From Gammaproteobacteria bacterium (GTDB taxonomy: Bacteria; Pseudomonadota; Gammaproteobacteria; CBDBNL01; JAAOII01), in contig OZ242372.1 in assembly GCA_965209035.1 (NCBI GenBank), positions 512,001-576,000 on the forward strand: a DNA stretch of 64,000 nucleotides, read 5' to 3'. The stretch's first letter is position 1. Every line of letters begins with the position of its first letter. Made by a program: the position numbers and the translations under genes. The notes beneath the pieces were generated by a model. It saw nothing but the letters and a program-made list of their open reading frames with translations, had not been told where the DNA came from and made no database searches. Shown here piece after piece: positions 40,035 through 51,718 of the stretch.

Positions 40035-40298
40035 CTATTTATTCGTATTCCCTTTTTCCTTGGCGGATATCTTTTCGTTCCCCTTTCGCAGATTCTCCGT
40101 CATCAAGGTTTTAATGCGGGCAATCTCACGCCGATTCACCTTCAAAAGATGAGTCTGCGACAGTCTCCCGGTCTTGTGTTGCATCCTGTAACGAAACAAT
40201 TCCTCGCACCGTTCCAATAAAAGGTTGGGCAGTTCTTCCGGTTGCTTTTGACGGAAGTCGCGTATCACCTTGCGGGTAATTTTCTTTTCCTTAGCCAT
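40035..40298 (-). CDS. rpmC: 50S ribosomal protein L29
   Basis: ELF..RMQ..TG.L.QTH.LK..RR.IARIKT; start moved to 40298. Confidence 0.9.
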   Translation of the reverse strand: MAKEKKITRKVIRDFRQKQPEELPNLLLERCEELFRYRMQHKTGRLSQTHLLKVNRREIARIKTLMTENLRKGNEKISAKEKGNTNK

Positions 40299-40710
40299 AA
40301 AAATCGCTTCTCTTAACAAATACGGTAGATACCGGCAGTTTACTTGCCGCCAATCGCATCGCTTCCCGTGCCAGTGGCTCCGGCACGCCGTCCATCTCAT
40401 AAAGCATGGTCCCGGGTTTCACCGGGGCCACCCAGTATTCCACGGCACCCTTGCCCTTTCCTTGACGCACCTCAAGCGGTTTTTGCGTAATCGGCTTGTC
40501 CGGAAAAATCCGAATCCAAATCTGGCCGCCGCGCTTGACATGTCTGGTCATTGCACGCCGCGCCGCTTCTATCTGCCGGGAAGTAATTCGCTGATGAGCG
40601 GTTGCACGCAATCCGTATTCACCAAAGGATACTTGATTACCGCGACAAGCCAGGCCTCTGTTGCGTCCCTTCTGCTGCTTACGATACTTGGTTTGTTTTG
40701 GCTGTCTCAT
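40291..40710 (-). CDS. rplP: 50S ribosomal protein L16
   Basis: [24 protein letters not shown]. Confidence 0.97.
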   Translation of the reverse strand: MRQPKQTKYRKQQKGRNRGLACRGNQVSFGEYGLRATAHQRITSRQIEAARRAMTRHVKRGGQIWIRIFPDKPITQKPLEVRQGKGKGAVEYWVAPVKPGTMLYEMDGVPEPLAREAMRLAASKLPVSTVFVKRSDFYG

Positions 40711-41489
40711 CTCCCTCTTGGCGGTTTAGTGCCGCCGCCCGGTCCTCGTTCTCTTGGCGGTTTGCCACCGCCGCCCGGTCCTCGTTTTAATTTTTTCTTG
40801 CCCGACCGACGCAGTCCCCGCTTCTGTGCGGCATCCTCATCTTCGGCATAACTCTTGGCAAAATCCATAATCTCGGAACGAAAAATCCAAACCTTCACTC
40901 CCAGAATCCCGTATGTTGTCTTGGCTTCAATCATCGCATAATCAATATCCGCACGCAGGGTATGCAGCGGTACACGCCCCTCTTTGTAACTTTCCGAGCG
41001 CGCAATATCCGCCCCCGCCAAACGTCCGCTCACTGCCACCTTTATTCCCAAAGCACCCGCCTCCATAGTGGAACTTACCGCCCGCTTCATCGCCCGCCGA
41101 AACATCACCCGTTTTTCCAATTGGCGCGCTATGCCTTCCGCCACCAACCGACTTGCCAACTCCGGCTTATGAATTTCTTGAATATCTATGTAAACATCCA
41201 TACCCAGACAACGCGAAGCAATTTTGTTGAGGGCATCAATCTCCGCTCCTTTTTTACCTATGACGATACCGGGTGAGGCGGTGCGAATGATCACCTGCGC
41301 ATTGTTTGCCATTCTTTCAATACGAATCTCGCTCACAGACGCTCTTTCAAATCTTGCCATCAACTCGCCCCGCAGCTTAATATCCGCCAGAAGATTGCTG
41401 GTGTACTTGCTTTTTTCCGCATACCAAATAGCCGAATGCCGTTTGGTAATTCCCAAACGCATGCCAATCGGATGAACTTTCTGACCCAT
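40707..41489 (-). CDS. rpsC: 30S ribosomal protein S3
   Basis: [31 protein letters not shown]. Confidence 0.97.
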   Translation of the reverse strand: MGQKVHPIGMRLGITKRHSAIWYAEKSKYTSNLLADIKLRGELMARFERASVSEIRIERMANNAQVIIRTASPGIVIGKKGAEIDALNKIASRCLGMDVYIDIQEIHKPELASRLVAEGIARQLEKRVMFRRAMKRAVSSTMEAGALGIKVAVSGRLAGADIARSESYKEGRVPLHTLRADIDYAMIEAKTTYGILGVKVWIFRSEIMDFAKSYAEDEDAAQKRGLRRSGKKKLKRGPGGGGKPPRERGPGGGTKPPRGR

Positions 41490-41494
41490 AATGA

Positions 41495-41827
41495 TTAGCC
41501 GCTCAATTCAATTGTAATGTGACTGGATCGTTTGATGATCCTGTCCGCCCGTCCTCGCGCGCGCGGCTTCATTCGCTTCAAAACACCCGCCTTATCCACC
41601 GATATCTTGCTCAACACAAAATTTTCCGGGTTCTCGCCAAGATTATTTTCCAAGTTGGCAAGAGCGGACTTAAGCGTTTTATCCAAGTAGGTCGCCGCCT
41701 TACTGTTGTTAAACATCAAAATGTTCAACGCCTGAGACACCTTTTTGCCGCGAATTAATTTGGCAAGAGGTCTCACCTTTGCGGGCGATATCCGAGCACT
41801 CTTATAAACAGATCGTATTGAAGCCAT
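41495..41827 (-). CDS. rplV: 50S ribosomal protein L22
   Basis: [25 protein letters not shown]. Confidence 0.96.
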   Translation of the reverse strand: MASIRSVYKSARISPAKVRPLAKLIRGKKVSQALNILMFNNSKAATYLDKTLKSALANLENNLGENPENFVLSKISVDKAGVLKRMKPRARGRADRIIKRSSHITIELSG

Positions 41828-41829
41828 GA

Positions 41830-42105
41830 TCACTTCTGTGTTTTTCTGTCACCGGAATGTCCCTTAAAAGTGCGAGTAGGTGCAAACTCGCCCAACTTGT
41901 GTCCGACCATGTTTTCGTTAATAATGACAGGTATGTGTGCCCGCCCGTTATGAACGGCAATCGTCAAACCCACCATGTCCGGGAAAACAGTGGTTCGGCG
42001 CGACCAGGTCTTAATTGGCTTCTTATCTTTGGTTTCCACCGCCTTTTGAATCTTATTTAAGAGAGCACCGTCAATGAAAGGAGGTTTTTTAAGAGAACGC
42101 GACAT
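41830..42105 (-). CDS. rpsS: 30S ribosomal protein S19
   Basis: [24 protein letters not shown]. Confidence 0.97.
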   Translation of the reverse strand: MSRSLKKPPFIDGALLNKIQKAVETKDKKPIKTWSRRTTVFPDMVGLTIAVHNGRAHIPVIINENMVGHKLGEFAPTRTFKGHSGDRKTQK

Positions 42106-42110
42106 AATGA

Positions 42111-42950
42111 TTATCTCTTCTTCCCTTGCTGTCTCTTACGCACAATGAAAACATCCGTATTTTTTCTGTGACGCGTTTTATATCCTTTGGTCTTTACTCC
42201 CCAAGGGGTTACCGGATGGCGGCCACCCGATGTCTTGCCTTCGCCGCCGCCGTGAGGATGATCCACAGGATTCATCGCAACACCGCGCACCGTCGGTCTA
42301 ATTCCGCGGTGACGACTTGCCCCCGCTTTGCCAAGGGCTATCAGCCCGTGTTCTTCATTGCCAACCTCACCGACCGTCGCACGACAATCCAACAAAATTT
42401 TTCGCATCTCACCGGAGCGCAGCCTCATAGTGGCATAATTGCCTTCCTTGGCAACCAATTGCACCGAAGTACCCGCACTGCGCGCCAACTGGGCCCCCTT
42501 CTGCGGCTTGAGTTCCACACAATGCATCACAGTCCCCAAAGGCACCGAACGAAGCGGCATGGCGTTACCGGGTTTGATCGGGACATCCTTCTTACCCGAA
42601 AGAATTGAAGAATCCACATCAACCTTTTGCGGGGCAAGAATATAGCGTCTCTCTCCGTCCGCATACTTAATCAGAGCGATGTGGGCACTGCGATTGGGAT
42701 CATATTCCAGTCTCTCCACTATGCCGGGAACTCCGTCCTTATCGCGCTTAAAGTCTATGATCCTGTATCTGCGTTTTGCACCGCCCCCCTGGTGTCGCAC
42801 CGTGATTCTCCCCTGATTATTGCGACCAGACTTCGCATTCAAAGGTGCGGTCAAAGGTGCATGGGGCTTGCCTTTGAATAAAAACGAATAGTCCGCCTTA
42901 ATTCTGTGGCGATGGCCGGGCGATGTGGGTTTTAACTTAATAGTTGGCAT
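42111..42950 (-). CDS. rplB: 50S ribosomal protein L2
   Basis: [29 protein letters not shown]. Confidence 0.97.
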   Translation of the reverse strand: MPTIKLKPTSPGHRHRIKADYSFLFKGKPHAPLTAPLNAKSGRNNQGRITVRHQGGGAKRRYRIIDFKRDKDGVPGIVERLEYDPNRSAHIALIKYADGERRYILAPQKVDVDSSILSGKKDVPIKPGNAMPLRSVPLGTVMHCVELKPQKGAQLARSAGTSVQLVAKEGNYATMRLRSGEMRKILLDCRATVGEVGNEEHGLIALGKAGASRHRGIRPTVRGVAMNPVDHPHGGGEGKTSGGRHPVTPWGVKTKGYKTRHRKNTDVFIVRKRQQGKKR

Positions 42951-42961
42951 CTTGTATCCTC

Positions 42962-43276
42962 TTATGCCCCTTCCACAAAGAAATCTATGCGTTCCCCTTT
43001 TGCCAAGGAGACATAAGCCTTCTTATAACCGGAGCGCACCCCCGCGCGACCGGTGCGAATGTTACGCACCTTTTCCGGCTTGAGATTCACAATTCGCACC
43101 GCGGTAACCTTCACATCAAACAGTTTCTGCACCGTATCCTTAACCATTTGCTTGGTCGCTTGCGGCAACACACGAAAAACATACTGCCCGTACTTGCTAT
43201 TGAGATCATTGCTCTTCTCGGACACATGGGGAGCAAGAATCACCTTATACATAAATTCTTCTTTTGTCGTGGTCAT
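42962..43276 (-). CDS. rplW: 50S ribosomal protein L23
   Basis: [10 protein letters not shown]...ATK, KKAYV.L. Confidence 0.95.
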   Translation of the reverse strand: MTTTKEEFMYKVILAPHVSEKSNDLNSKYGQYVFRVLPQATKQMVKDTVQKLFDVKVTAVRIVNLKPEKVRNIRTGRAGVRSGYKKAYVSLAKGERIDFFVEGA

Positions 43277-43881
43277 ACCAATCTCTTCTCCAATTCTTTG
43301 CAGGCATCTACGGTAAAAATGAGTTTATTGGCACCCAGCAAAAATTCCGGGGTGATGCGGGTCGATTCCGTCACATGCACATTGGGCAAATTGCGGGAAG
43401 CAAGATGCAGTTCTTCGCTTATTTTGCTCACCACTATGGAAGAGTGCAAGGCATCATACTGACCGAGAATTTTAATCAAAGTTTTTGTTTTCTTGTCGGC
43501 GACATTGATATCACTGACCACTCGCACTCTGTCACCGCGCACCAGATCCGAAAGAATGCAACACATGGCTCCTTTATACATCTTGCGATTAACTCGCTGT
43601 TTGTAAGAACGCGGAACAGCCGCAAAAGCAACTCCGCCACCGCGCCGAATGGGGTCCTTGCCCGCACCCACACGAGCGCGACCTGTTCCCTTTTGACGCC
43701 AAAGTTTCTTTGTGCTGCCGACAACCTGACCGCGTGTCTTCTGCGCCTTACTTCCTTGACGCTTGCCGGCAAAAGAAGCCACAAGAACTTGATGCGCAAG
43801 AGTCGGGTTGCTGTCTCTTTTAAACACCTTATCGTCAAGACTTACCTTTTTCTTGTCGCCGTCCAATAATTCCACTTGCAT
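43273..43881 (-). CDS. rplD: 50S ribosomal protein L4
   Basis: RQKGTGRAR.G, GGGVAF, RNLP.V; start moved to 43881. Confidence 0.95.
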   Translation of the reverse strand: MQVELLDGDKKKVSLDDKVFKRDSNPTLAHQVLVASFAGKRQGSKAQKTRGQVVGSTKKLWRQKGTGRARVGAGKDPIRRGGGVAFAAVPRSYKQRVNRKMYKGAMCCILSDLVRGDRVRVVSDINVADKKTKTLIKILGQYDALHSSIVVSKISEELHLASRNLPNVHVTESTRITPEFLLGANKLIFTVDACKELEKRLV

Positions 43882-43906
43882 TGTTGTTATCCCCTGTTGT
43901 TTTCTG

Positions 43907-44953
43907 TTATTTCTTGTTTTTATCTTTACCGGCATCCTGCTCATCGGATTCTTTCGGCTTCTCCGCCTGTTGTTGCTCTTCACTCGTTTCGGCATTACTG
44001 TCGCTCTTTGCCGCCGCATCAGGTTTTGCCTCCGTTTCAGGCTTCGCTTCCGGCTTCTTGCCATCCGTCATTGCCGCATCCTCGGTCTTTGCCTCCGTAT
44101 CGGGTTTTGCTTCCGCCTCGGGCTTCCCGTCATCTGCCGCATCCTCGGTCTTTGCCGCCGTATCGGGTTTTGCTTCCGCCTCGGGCTTCCCGTCATCTGC
44201 CGTTGCCGCATCCTCGGTCTTTGCCGCAGCATCGGCCGCTTCCTGTTCTTTAAGTTGTCGTTGCTCTTCTCTCTCGCGCATCAATTTTTCCGTTTTTTCT
44301 CGTTCCGGCGGGCTCTCCTTAACGGAAGGACGCACAACCACCCAGCCACCGCGCGAACCCGGAACCGCTCCTTTAATTAAAATAAGACGATTTTCTTCGT
44401 CTATGTCCGCCACTTCCAACCGCATGGTTGTAACTCGTTCCGCCCCGTAATGTCCCGCCATCTTTTTGCCCTTAAAAACTCTGCCGGGGAACTGACACTG
44501 GCCGGTGGATCCCAGATGCCGGTGGGACAAAGAATTGCCGTGTGTGGCATCCTGCATTGCAAAGTTCCACCGCTTAACAGCACCGGCAAAGCCACGCCCT
44601 TTGGATATACCCGTCAAATCCACTTTCTGCCCTGTCACAAAATGCCCCACCGTGACCTCCGTACCCAAGGCAACATCCGCATCCGCACGAATACGAAACT
44701 CCGCCAACTTGTGTCCAAAAGGAACGCCCGCCTTCTTGTAATGACCGCCCAGAGCCTTGCTTGTTCTTTGTGCCTTTCGGGTGCCTGCCGCCAACTGCAC
44801 CGCATCATAGCCGTCTGTTTTCTTCGTCTTCAACTGACAAACACGATTGGTATCCGCATAGATCACCGTAACGGGAACAGATGCCCCTTGTTCGTTAAAA
44901 ATACGAGACATGCCGAGTTTAACCCCCAATAATCCGACAGAACTGTCCATCAT
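43907..44953 (-). CDS. rplC: 50S ribosomal protein L3 with ~135-aa acidic repeat extension
   Basis: G.KLGMS, DGY.AVQ, KGRGFAG..KRWNF, KGAVPG; tail with [20 protein letters not shown] repeats. Confidence 0.95.
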   Translation of the reverse strand: MMDSSVGLLGVKLGMSRIFNEQGASVPVTVIYADTNRVCQLKTKKTDGYDAVQLAAGTRKAQRTSKALGGHYKKAGVPFGHKLAEFRIRADADVALGTEVTVGHFVTGQKVDLTGISKGRGFAGAVKRWNFAMQDATHGNSLSHRHLGSTGQCQFPGRVFKGKKMAGHYGAERVTTMRLEVADIDEENRLILIKGAVPGSRGGWVVVRPSVKESPPEREKTEKLMREREEQRQLKEQEAADAAAKTEDAATADDGKPEAEAKPDTAAKTEDAADDGKPEAEAKPDTEAKTEDAAMTDGKKPEAKPETEAKPDAAAKSDSNAETSEEQQQAEKPKESDEQDAGKDKNKK

Positions 44954-45843
44954 TTGTCCGCTTTACCCGGTTTGGCTTCGTCGCCGACAGCTTTTCCCGG
45001 CTTTTTCGCGGCCGGCTTCTTGTCTGCCACTGCAGCAGGTGGCTTCTCACTTACCGCAGCATCGGATGACTTCTCGTCTGCCACCGCATCGGATGGCTTC
45101 TTACCCGCCTCGGCATCGGCTGGCTTCTTGCCTGCCTCGGCATCGGATGGCTTCTTGCCTGCCTCGGCATCGGATGACTTCTTGTCTGCCACTGCAGCAG
45201 GTGGCTTCTCACTTACCGCAGCATCGGATGGCTTCTTGCCGGCCACCGCAGCATCAGATGGCTTCTTGTCTGCCACTGCAGCAGGTGGCTTCTCACTTAC
45301 CGCAGCATCGGATGGCTTCTTGTCTGCCACCGCATCGGATAGCTTCTCGCCAACCGCAGCATCAGATGGCTTCTTGCCGGCTGCCGTCTCCGCCGTTGTT
45401 TTCTTTATTCTTGTTATCTTTGCCGATCCGGTCAATGCGTCGTTCTTCCGTCGAATCGCTTGTTTGGTTTTTACTTTCTTTGCCGCCTTCTTAACACTCG
45501 CCGTTCTGCGGGCAATCGTCTCAGGATCCGGAAAACTGATGTCCACCTCAACGCCCGCCGCCAAATCCAATTCCTTAAGTGCTTCCAGCGTCTTATCCGT
45601 CGGCGAAACGATTTCCAGCATCCGCTTATAGGTTCTAATTTCGTATTGATCCCGGGCATCCTTATCCACATGCGAAGAAATAAGAAGAGTAAAACGCTCC
45701 TTACGAACAGGCAAAGGAATAGGTCCTCTGATCTCGGCTTGGGTTCTTTTTGCCGCCCCCACGATTTCCCGGGCGGAGCTATCCAACAACCTATGATCAA
45801 AGGCTTTCAAGTTAATGCGTATTGTTTGCGAATTTTCCGGCAT
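44950..45843 (-). CDS. rpsJ: 30S ribosomal protein S10 with ~190-aa repeat extension
   Basis: [32 protein letters not shown]; tail of 11-aa KKPSDAAVA-type repeats. Confidence 0.95.
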   Translation of the reverse strand: MPENSQTIRINLKAFDHRLLDSSAREIVGAAKRTQAEIRGPIPLPVRKERFTLLISSHVDKDARDQYEIRTYKRMLEIVSPTDKTLEALKELDLAAGVEVDISFPDPETIARRTASVKKAAKKVKTKQAIRRKNDALTGSAKITRIKKTTAETAAGKKPSDAAVGEKLSDAVADKKPSDAAVSEKPPAAVADKKPSDAAVAGKKPSDAAVSEKPPAAVADKKSSDAEAGKKPSDAEAGKKPADAEAGKKPSDAVADEKSSDAAVSEKPPAAVADKKPAAKKPGKAVGDEAKPGKADK

Positions 45844-46160
45844 CAATAATAATTATTCCTATCTAATTTTTGTGTTTTATTCAAAACTTAATCACTTATT
45901 TACTCAACTTATAAAATATTCAAAAAATCTAAAAAATCAAAATACAATCCAACCCAACCCTAATAACGGAAATCCGGGGAGTCAAAAAGACATCCTTCAT
46001 CACTTTATTTAACTTTGAAATCAAAGTAAACAAAGTAAAAAAAATCTCTACGGATAACTTGTTCTCTTACCCATAGAACCATCACAACCAGCCTTCAAAA
46101 AAGTAAAGGGCTGTCTATTTGTCTATTTATTGTATAGCTAAATCCGCGATTACGCCTGTT

Positions 46161-48254
46161 CTAAGAGGCTTTTTTTGTAATTTCTTCCATTATACTATGC
46201 GGAACTTCCATATACTTGGCAAATTCCATGGAATAACTTGCTCTGCCTTGAGTGGCGGAGCGCAAATCCGTCGCATAACCAAACATTTCCGCCAACGGAA
46301 CCTGTGCCCGAATAATCTTGCCGGCGGGTGATTCTTCCATCGCTTGCACCATTCCGCGCCGACGATTCAAGTCACCGACCACATCTCCCATGTAATCTTC
46401 CGGCGTCACCACCTCTACCTGCATCACCGGTTCCAACAAACCGGGCGATGCCTTCCGCACGGCTTCTCGGATAGCGGTGGAACCCGCTATCTTAAACGCC
46501 ACCTCGCTGGAATCCACATCGTGATAAGACCCCTCATACAATTCAACCCGCACACCCAAAACAGGATAGCCGGCAACCACACCGTTATTCAACTGCTCCT
46601 TAATGCCCTTGTCAACCGCGGGGATGAACTCTCTCGGGATCATTCCGCCGACAATCTTGTTAACAAATTCATAGCCATCTTCAGGCGAGGTCGGCTCTAC
46701 CCGAATCACCACATGACCATATTGGCCGCGTCCGCCCGACTGCTTAATATACTTGCCTTCCACCTTGTCCAAAGCATTGCGAATGAATTCGCGATAAGCC
46801 ACCTGCGGTCTGCCCACATTGGCTTCCACTTTAAATTCGCGCCGCATCCTGTCCACCAGAATCTCCAAATGCAGTTCTCCCATGCCGGAAATAATCGTCT
46901 GACCGGACTCATCATCCACATGCACCCGAAAAGAAGGGTCTTCCAGTGCCAACTTACCCAAGGCAACACTCATCTTCTCCTGGGCATCCTTGGACTTCGG
47001 TTCCACCGCCACGGAAATGACCGGCTCCGGAAACTCCATCTTCTCCAAAATAATCTGCTTATCGATGGCACACAAAGTATCGCCGGTCGTCACATCTTTC
47101 AAGCCGATCGCGGCGGCAATATCCCCCGCTCGCACCTCTTTCACCTCCTGGCGATTATTGGAATGCATCTGCAACAAACGCCCGATGCGCTCTTTCTTAC
47201 TCTTCGTGGAATTGAACACACTGTCACCGCTCTTCAAAACCCCGGAATAAACACGGAAAAAAGTCAGAGTGCCAACAAACGGGTCTGTCGCTATCTTAAA
47301 TGACAGGGCGGAAAAAGGCGCATCGTCATTGCCGGCACGCGTCGCTTCTTTGTCATGCACATCCACCCCCTTAACATCCGGCACCTCGTTGGGCGCGGGC
47401 AGGTAATCCAAAACACCGTCCAACACAGCCTGCACGCCCTTGTTCTTAAAAGCCGAACCGCAGAAAGCGACTACAATTTCTCCCGCCACGGTGCGCTTCT
47501 TCAAACCTCTTTTAATATCGTTCACATCCAACGCCCCGCCTTCCAAATACTTATTCATCAGTTCCTCGTCCGCTTCCGCAGCCGCCTCGATGAGTTGCGA
47601 GCGATAGTCTTCCGCCAGATCGCGCAGATCCCCCGGAATCTCTTCCTCGCGAAAACTGGCACCCTGAGTGGCATCATCCCAGTAGATCGCCTTCTGTCGC
47701 ACCAGATCCACGATGCCCTTAAATTTTTCCTCGCTGCCAATCGCCAACTGCACCGGCACAGGTTTTGCCCCCAATCTGTCTTTAATCTGTTGCACCACAC
47801 GCAAAAAATCCGCCCCCGCCCGATCCATCTTGTTGACAAAGACGATGCGAGGAACATTGTATCTGGTGGCCTGCCGCCAAACCGTCTCCGACTGAGGTTC
47901 CACCCCGGAAGTTGCACAGAACACCACAACCACCCCGTCCAACACCCGCAAAGAGCGTTCCACTTCAATGGTAAAATCCACATGACCCGGCGTGTCTATG
48001 ATATTAATTCTGTGTTTTTCGCGCTTGCCGTCCATCCCTTGCCAAAAGCAGGTAGTTGCAGCCGAGGTGATGGTAATGCCGCGTTCCTGTTCCTGTTCCA
48101 TCCAATCCATAACGGCGGCACCGTCATGCACCTCGCCCATCTTGTGCGAAATACCCGTATAAAAAAGAATACGCTCGGTAGTCGTAGTCTTACCCGCATC
48201 CACATGTGCGGCAATGCCGATGTTTCGGTAAAGTTTTATGGGAGTTTGGCGCAT
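46161..48254 (-). CDS. fusA: Elongation factor G
   Basis: [33 protein letters not shown]. Confidence 0.98.
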   Translation of the reverse strand: MRQTPIKLYRNIGIAAHVDAGKTTTTERILFYTGISHKMGEVHDGAAVMDWMEQEQERGITITSAATTCFWQGMDGKREKHRINIIDTPGHVDFTIEVERSLRVLDGVVVVFCATSGVEPQSETVWRQATRYNVPRIVFVNKMDRAGADFLRVVQQIKDRLGAKPVPVQLAIGSEEKFKGIVDLVRQKAIYWDDATQGASFREEEIPGDLRDLAEDYRSQLIEAAAEADEELMNKYLEGGALDVNDIKRGLKKRTVAGEIVVAFCGSAFKNKGVQAVLDGVLDYLPAPNEVPDVKGVDVHDKEATRAGNDDAPFSALSFKIATDPFVGTLTFFRVYSGVLKSGDSVFNSTKSKKERIGRLLQMHSNNRQEVKEVRAGDIAAAIGLKDVTTGDTLCAIDKQIILEKMEFPEPVISVAVEPKSKDAQEKMSVALGKLALEDPSFRVHVDDESGQTIISGMGELHLEILVDRMRREFKVEANVGRPQVAYREFIRNALDKVEGKYIKQSGGRGQYGHVVIRVEPTSPEDGYEFVNKIVGGMIPREFIPAVDKGIKEQLNNGVVAGYPVLGVRVELYEGSYHDVDSSEVAFKIAGSTAIREAVRKASPGLLEPVMQVEVVTPEDYMGDVVGDLNRRRGMVQAMEESPAGKIIRAQVPLAEMFGYATDLRSATQGRASYSMEFAKYMEVPHSIMEEITKKAS

Positions 48255-48256
48255 CT

Positions 48257-48360
48257 ATGAGTTGTTATGAGTTGTTATGAATCGCTATAAATTGTTATGA
48301 ATTGTCCGCCCTGTGTTTAAAAATGCGTCTAAAAATGTGTCTAAAAATGTGTCTAAAAAT
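48257..48360. repeat. Two short tandem arrays (10-nt x5, 12-nt x4) in the rpsG-fusA spacer
   Basis: TATGAGTTGT-like units followed by CTAAAAATGTGT-like units. Confidence 0.75.
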
Positions 48361-48373
48361 AAAACGACAATCG

Positions 48374-48844
48374 TCAGAATCTGAGATGCGAAAAGGCACG
48401 GCTGGCTTCCGCCATCTTATGCACATCTTGTTTTTTCTTGATAGCAGCTCCGCGCTCATCCAAAACATCCAAGAATTCGGACGCCAGAGACTTATCCATC
48501 TCCTGATTCTTGCGTCCGCGCGCCGCCTGAATGAGCCAACGCATCGCCAGGGTCGTCCGCCGTGCGGAACGAATTTCTACAGGCACAGAATAGGTGGCAC
48601 CGCCGACACGCCGCGACTTAACTTCCACCACAGGTCGCAGATCGTCTATGACCCGGGTGAACAAATCCAACGGCTTCATTTTCTTTTTCTTGGTGGCCCT
48701 CTCCAAAGCATCATAAACAATCCTTTCCGCCACAGACTTCTTGCCGTTCCACATGATCATATTAATGAAGCGTGCCAACTCCACGCTTTCATATTGCGGA
48801 TCCGGGACTATAGCACGTTTTTCCGCAGGCTTACGACGGGACAT
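48374..48844 (-). CDS. rpsG: 30S ribosomal protein S7
   Basis: GKKS.AE.I.Y, VEVKSRRVGGATY.VP, HKMAEA.RAF. Confidence 0.97.
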   Translation of the reverse strand: MSRRKPAEKRAIVPDPQYESVELARFINMIMWNGKKSVAERIVYDALERATKKKKMKPLDLFTRVIDDLRPVVEVKSRRVGGATYSVPVEIRSARRTTLAMRWLIQAARGRKNQEMDKSLASEFLDVLDERGAAIKKKQDVHKMAEASRAFSHLRF

Positions 48845-48867
48845 AATAAGATAAAAAAACTAAGTAA

Positions 48868-49245
48868 CTAAGCGGCTTTGCCTTTCTTGGTGCCGTATTT
48901 GGAACGCCCCTGCTTGCGGTCACTGACCCCGGCCGTATCCAAACTACCCCGAATCGTATGATAACGCACCCCGGGCAAATCCTTAACACGACCACCGCGA
49001 ATCAAAACCACCGAATGCTCCTGCAAGTTATGTCCTTCACCTCCTATATAGGAAGTGACCTCCTGCCCGTTCGTCAGGCGCACCCGACAAACCTTACGCA
49101 ACGCGGAATTGGGCTTCTTTGGCGTGGTAGTATAAACACGCAAACAGACACCCCGCTTCTGCGGACATTGCTGCAATGCCGGAACATTGCTTTTAACCGG
49201 CTTATCCTTGCGCGGCGAACGCGTCAATTGATTAATCGTAACCAT
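48868..49245 (-). CDS. rpsL: 30S ribosomal protein S12
   Basis: [22 protein letters not shown]. Confidence 0.98.
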   Translation of the reverse strand: MVTINQLTRSPRKDKPVKSNVPALQQCPQKRGVCLRVYTTTPKKPNSALRKVCRVRLTNGQEVTSYIGGEGHNLQEHSVVLIRGGRVKDLPGVRYHTIRGSLDTAGVSDRKQGRSKYGTKKGKAA

Positions 49246-49402
49246 AATGACTATTTTATAGAAAGAAAAATAGCGAAAAGTAGCAAAATCACCGAAATTC
49301 TGTGTTTATCGCAGGTTTTCCAAAGATTCCCCGAAACTCACTCCCTTCAAAAGTCCGCACAAGATACAATATGAATATGTTCCAAAAATTCACAATGTCC
49401 AA

Positions 49403-50554
49403 ATGAGCCTCAAATGCGGTCTAGTCGGTCTGCCCAATGTGGGAAAATCCAGCCTGTTCAACGCCCTCACCAATTCGCATGTGAGCGCGGAAAACTTTGC
49501 CTTCTGCACCATAGACCCGCACATGGGCATTGTGGAGGTCCCGGACGAGCGGCTGGCACAACTGGCATCCGTTGTCAAACCGCAACGCATCGTCCCCGCA
49601 ACCATTGAGTTCACGGATATTGCCGGACTGGTGCAAGGTGCCTCCAAAGGCGAAGGTCTCGGCAACCAATTCCTCGCCCATGTCCGCGAAACGGACGCCA
49701 TCGCGCACTTGTTACGCTGCTTCAAAAACGAAGCGGTCACACATGTTCACAACAAAACAGACCCCTGGCATGATCTTCAAATCATCAATACCGAACTCTG
49801 CATAGCGGACCTGACAACCGCCGAAAACTCACTGCAAAAACACGAACGCAAGATAAAAAGCGGTGACAAAGAAGCCATCGCGCTCACCGCCCTCCTCAAA
49901 AATAAAGTCCTGCCCGTATTGAGCGAAGGGAAATTCTTGCGAGAAGCAACATTCACCAAAGAAGAAAAAGAAACCCTAAAATCCTTCGGCTTTCTCACAA
50001 TGAAGCCCACCATTTATGTGCTAAATATCAGCGACGAACCCGCACAAAATATCAACACAGACGCCATAGAAGATCTGGCACGCAAAGAAGGAAGTCAAAC
50101 CATAAAACTCAACATCAAATTGGAAGCCGAACTCAGCGAACTGGGACCGGAAGATCGTGCCGAATTCCTTGCCGTAAGCGGGGAAAACAGGGACGAAGAC
50201 AAAGACACAGACACATCCGATGCCAATAGCGGCGAAAAGACTCCCACAGAAGATGCCCTGGGCGGTTTCATCCGCTGTTGCTATGCGCTGCTCAACCTGC
50301 ACACCTTTTTCACAGCCGGCCCCAAAGAACTGCGCGCTTGGACCATCCCCCGCGGGACCACCGCCCTGGCCGCGGCCGGCAAGATCCACAACGACTTTAT
50401 CAAACACTTCATCCGCGCCGAAGTCATCGCCTTTGACCGCTACATAGAATGCGGCGGCGAACAACCCGCCAAAGCCAAAGGGCATCTCCGCCTGGAAGGC
50501 AAAGATTATGTTGTGGCAGACGGAGATCTGGTTTACTTCCGGACGAGTGCGTGA
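49403..50554 (+). CDS. ychF: Redox-regulated ATPase YchF
   Basis: GLPNVGKS, FCTIDP, DIAGLV.GAS.GEGLGN.FL, EGKDYVV.DGD. Confidence 0.96.
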   Translation: MSLKCGLVGLPNVGKSSLFNALTNSHVSAENFAFCTIDPHMGIVEVPDERLAQLASVVKPQRIVPATIEFTDIAGLVQGASKGEGLGNQFLAHVRETDAIAHLLRCFKNEAVTHVHNKTDPWHDLQIINTELCIADLTTAENSLQKHERKIKSGDKEAIALTALLKNKVLPVLSEGKFLREATFTKEEKETLKSFGFLTMKPTIYVLNISDEPAQNINTDAIEDLARKEGSQTIKLNIKLEAELSELGPEDRAEFLAVSGENRDEDKDTDTSDANSGEKTPTEDALGGFIRCCYALLNLHTFFTAGPKELRAWTIPRGTTALAAAGKIHNDFIKHFIRAEVIAFDRYIECGGEQPAKAKGHLRLEGKDYVVADGDLVYFRTSA

Positions 50555-50744
50555 TTTTTTTATGAAATTCGAAGTTTGTATCGCCCAAACATAAAGAGTA
50601 AAAAATGATACTAATTTTTATACGGCAGGACGCAGTGAATATCCGACTTCTGTTCTCACCCACTCGAAAAAATGCCATGTATAAAAAACAATAATTCCGA
50701 ACCCAATAATGTTCTCTCACATTACTTCATACCGGATATTTAAG

Positions 50745-50901
50745 TTCATTGCATTTTACAAACAGTTCAATTACAACCCAAACAAACCCGCTTTGTTCCA
50801 TCACCGGCACTAAGTGCAAAAGAACGAGGGCTGATAGGGTATAAAAACTCCCCTCAATCCCTTATAAAACAAGGATTTTTTAAAAAGTTTCCGAAGTCAA
50901 G
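50745..50901 (+). mobile_element. Orphan right end of the long-DR (IS1634-like) element
   Basis: Aligns with 54535-54681 and 13970-14077; ends TTTCCGAAGTCAAG. Confidence 0.7.
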
Positions 50902-50974
50902 GGCAAGGTGGTCGCGGGACTACGCCTTAATGAATGCCCGAACAATCCGGCGTTATGAATGTCCCCCTCGGCTC

Positions 50975-51019
50975 ATTTCTTCTAACGACCACCCTTCTTC
51001 TTTTGTCAGCATCTTATAA
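50975..51019 (+). repeat. 45-bp direct repeat, left copy (putative target duplication)
   Basis: ATTTCTTCTAACGACCACCCTTCTTCTTTTGTCAGCATCTTATAA, 1 mismatch to 54682-54726; abuts the IR exactly. Confidence 0.92.
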
Positions 51020-51072
51020 CTTGACTTCGGAAAGAATTTTTTAGATTTTTAAAAACTCTTGTATTTATAAGG

Positions 51073-51350
51073 CGCATGATCTCATAAAGGTTCCGGACTC
51101 TGAGTTCGGCATTGTGCGTCATCAGATCAAGGAGCCGGCGGTGTATGATCCCACCCAGTTTCGGACTTTTGTTGTTTTTGTAAAAACCGGATCGGCGAGA
51201 GTTATTTGTGAGCATCGCGGGGATCTGCTAAATGATATCAACGCATCCCTCTCATTTCAACTCCGCGGGGCAGCCGCACCCGCATAGTGCAACTGTGTCG
51301 CAAGCGAGAGTGCCGCGACAGATTTTGAACAACAGGCCGCCGCCCGCACC
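51073..51350. mobile_element. IS481 relics: left end (+, 51073-51141) abutting an internally deleted copy (-, 51142-51350)
   Basis: 51073-51141 matches 14245-14312; 51142-51238 matches the reverse complement of the IS right end; 51246-51350 resembles the reverse complement of 14410-14530; a further sliver at about 51453-51490. Confidence 0.75.
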
Positions 51351-51718
51351 GCGGAGACCGGAGTAGTCGGCAGTCCGGCTTACTCGCCTTATATTTTTAT
51401 TCTTGCGGCACTTGAACCCGGCACCCTCCTGTTTGCGGGTTCCTTAATAGACGGACTTATTTTTGCAAAAACCGGATCAGCGAGAGTTGTTAAGGGAAAA
51501 ACGCGTATCAGCCAGCATAAAAGATCCGGGTGCCTGCCCATAGATTTCGAATAATAATAGATGAGCGGCAGAGACTAAGAATAAGTGGAAAGTTGGAAGT
51601 TGGGCCGGCAGTCGTCTTATTTGTCGTGCTCTGCCCCGCCCTGCCTCGTCCTGTCCCGCCCCGATCTGCCGGTCCGTTCCGGGGCTTCCCTCTTGCCGGC
51701 CTCTCTTACCGGCCCCTC

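Noticed and set aside
30310-48871. Numerous plus-strand ORFs opposite the ribosomal genes and fusA (e.g. 46344-47303, 47355-48260, 38210-39103)
   Set aside because: Antisense shadows of well-supported genes with no motifs of their own
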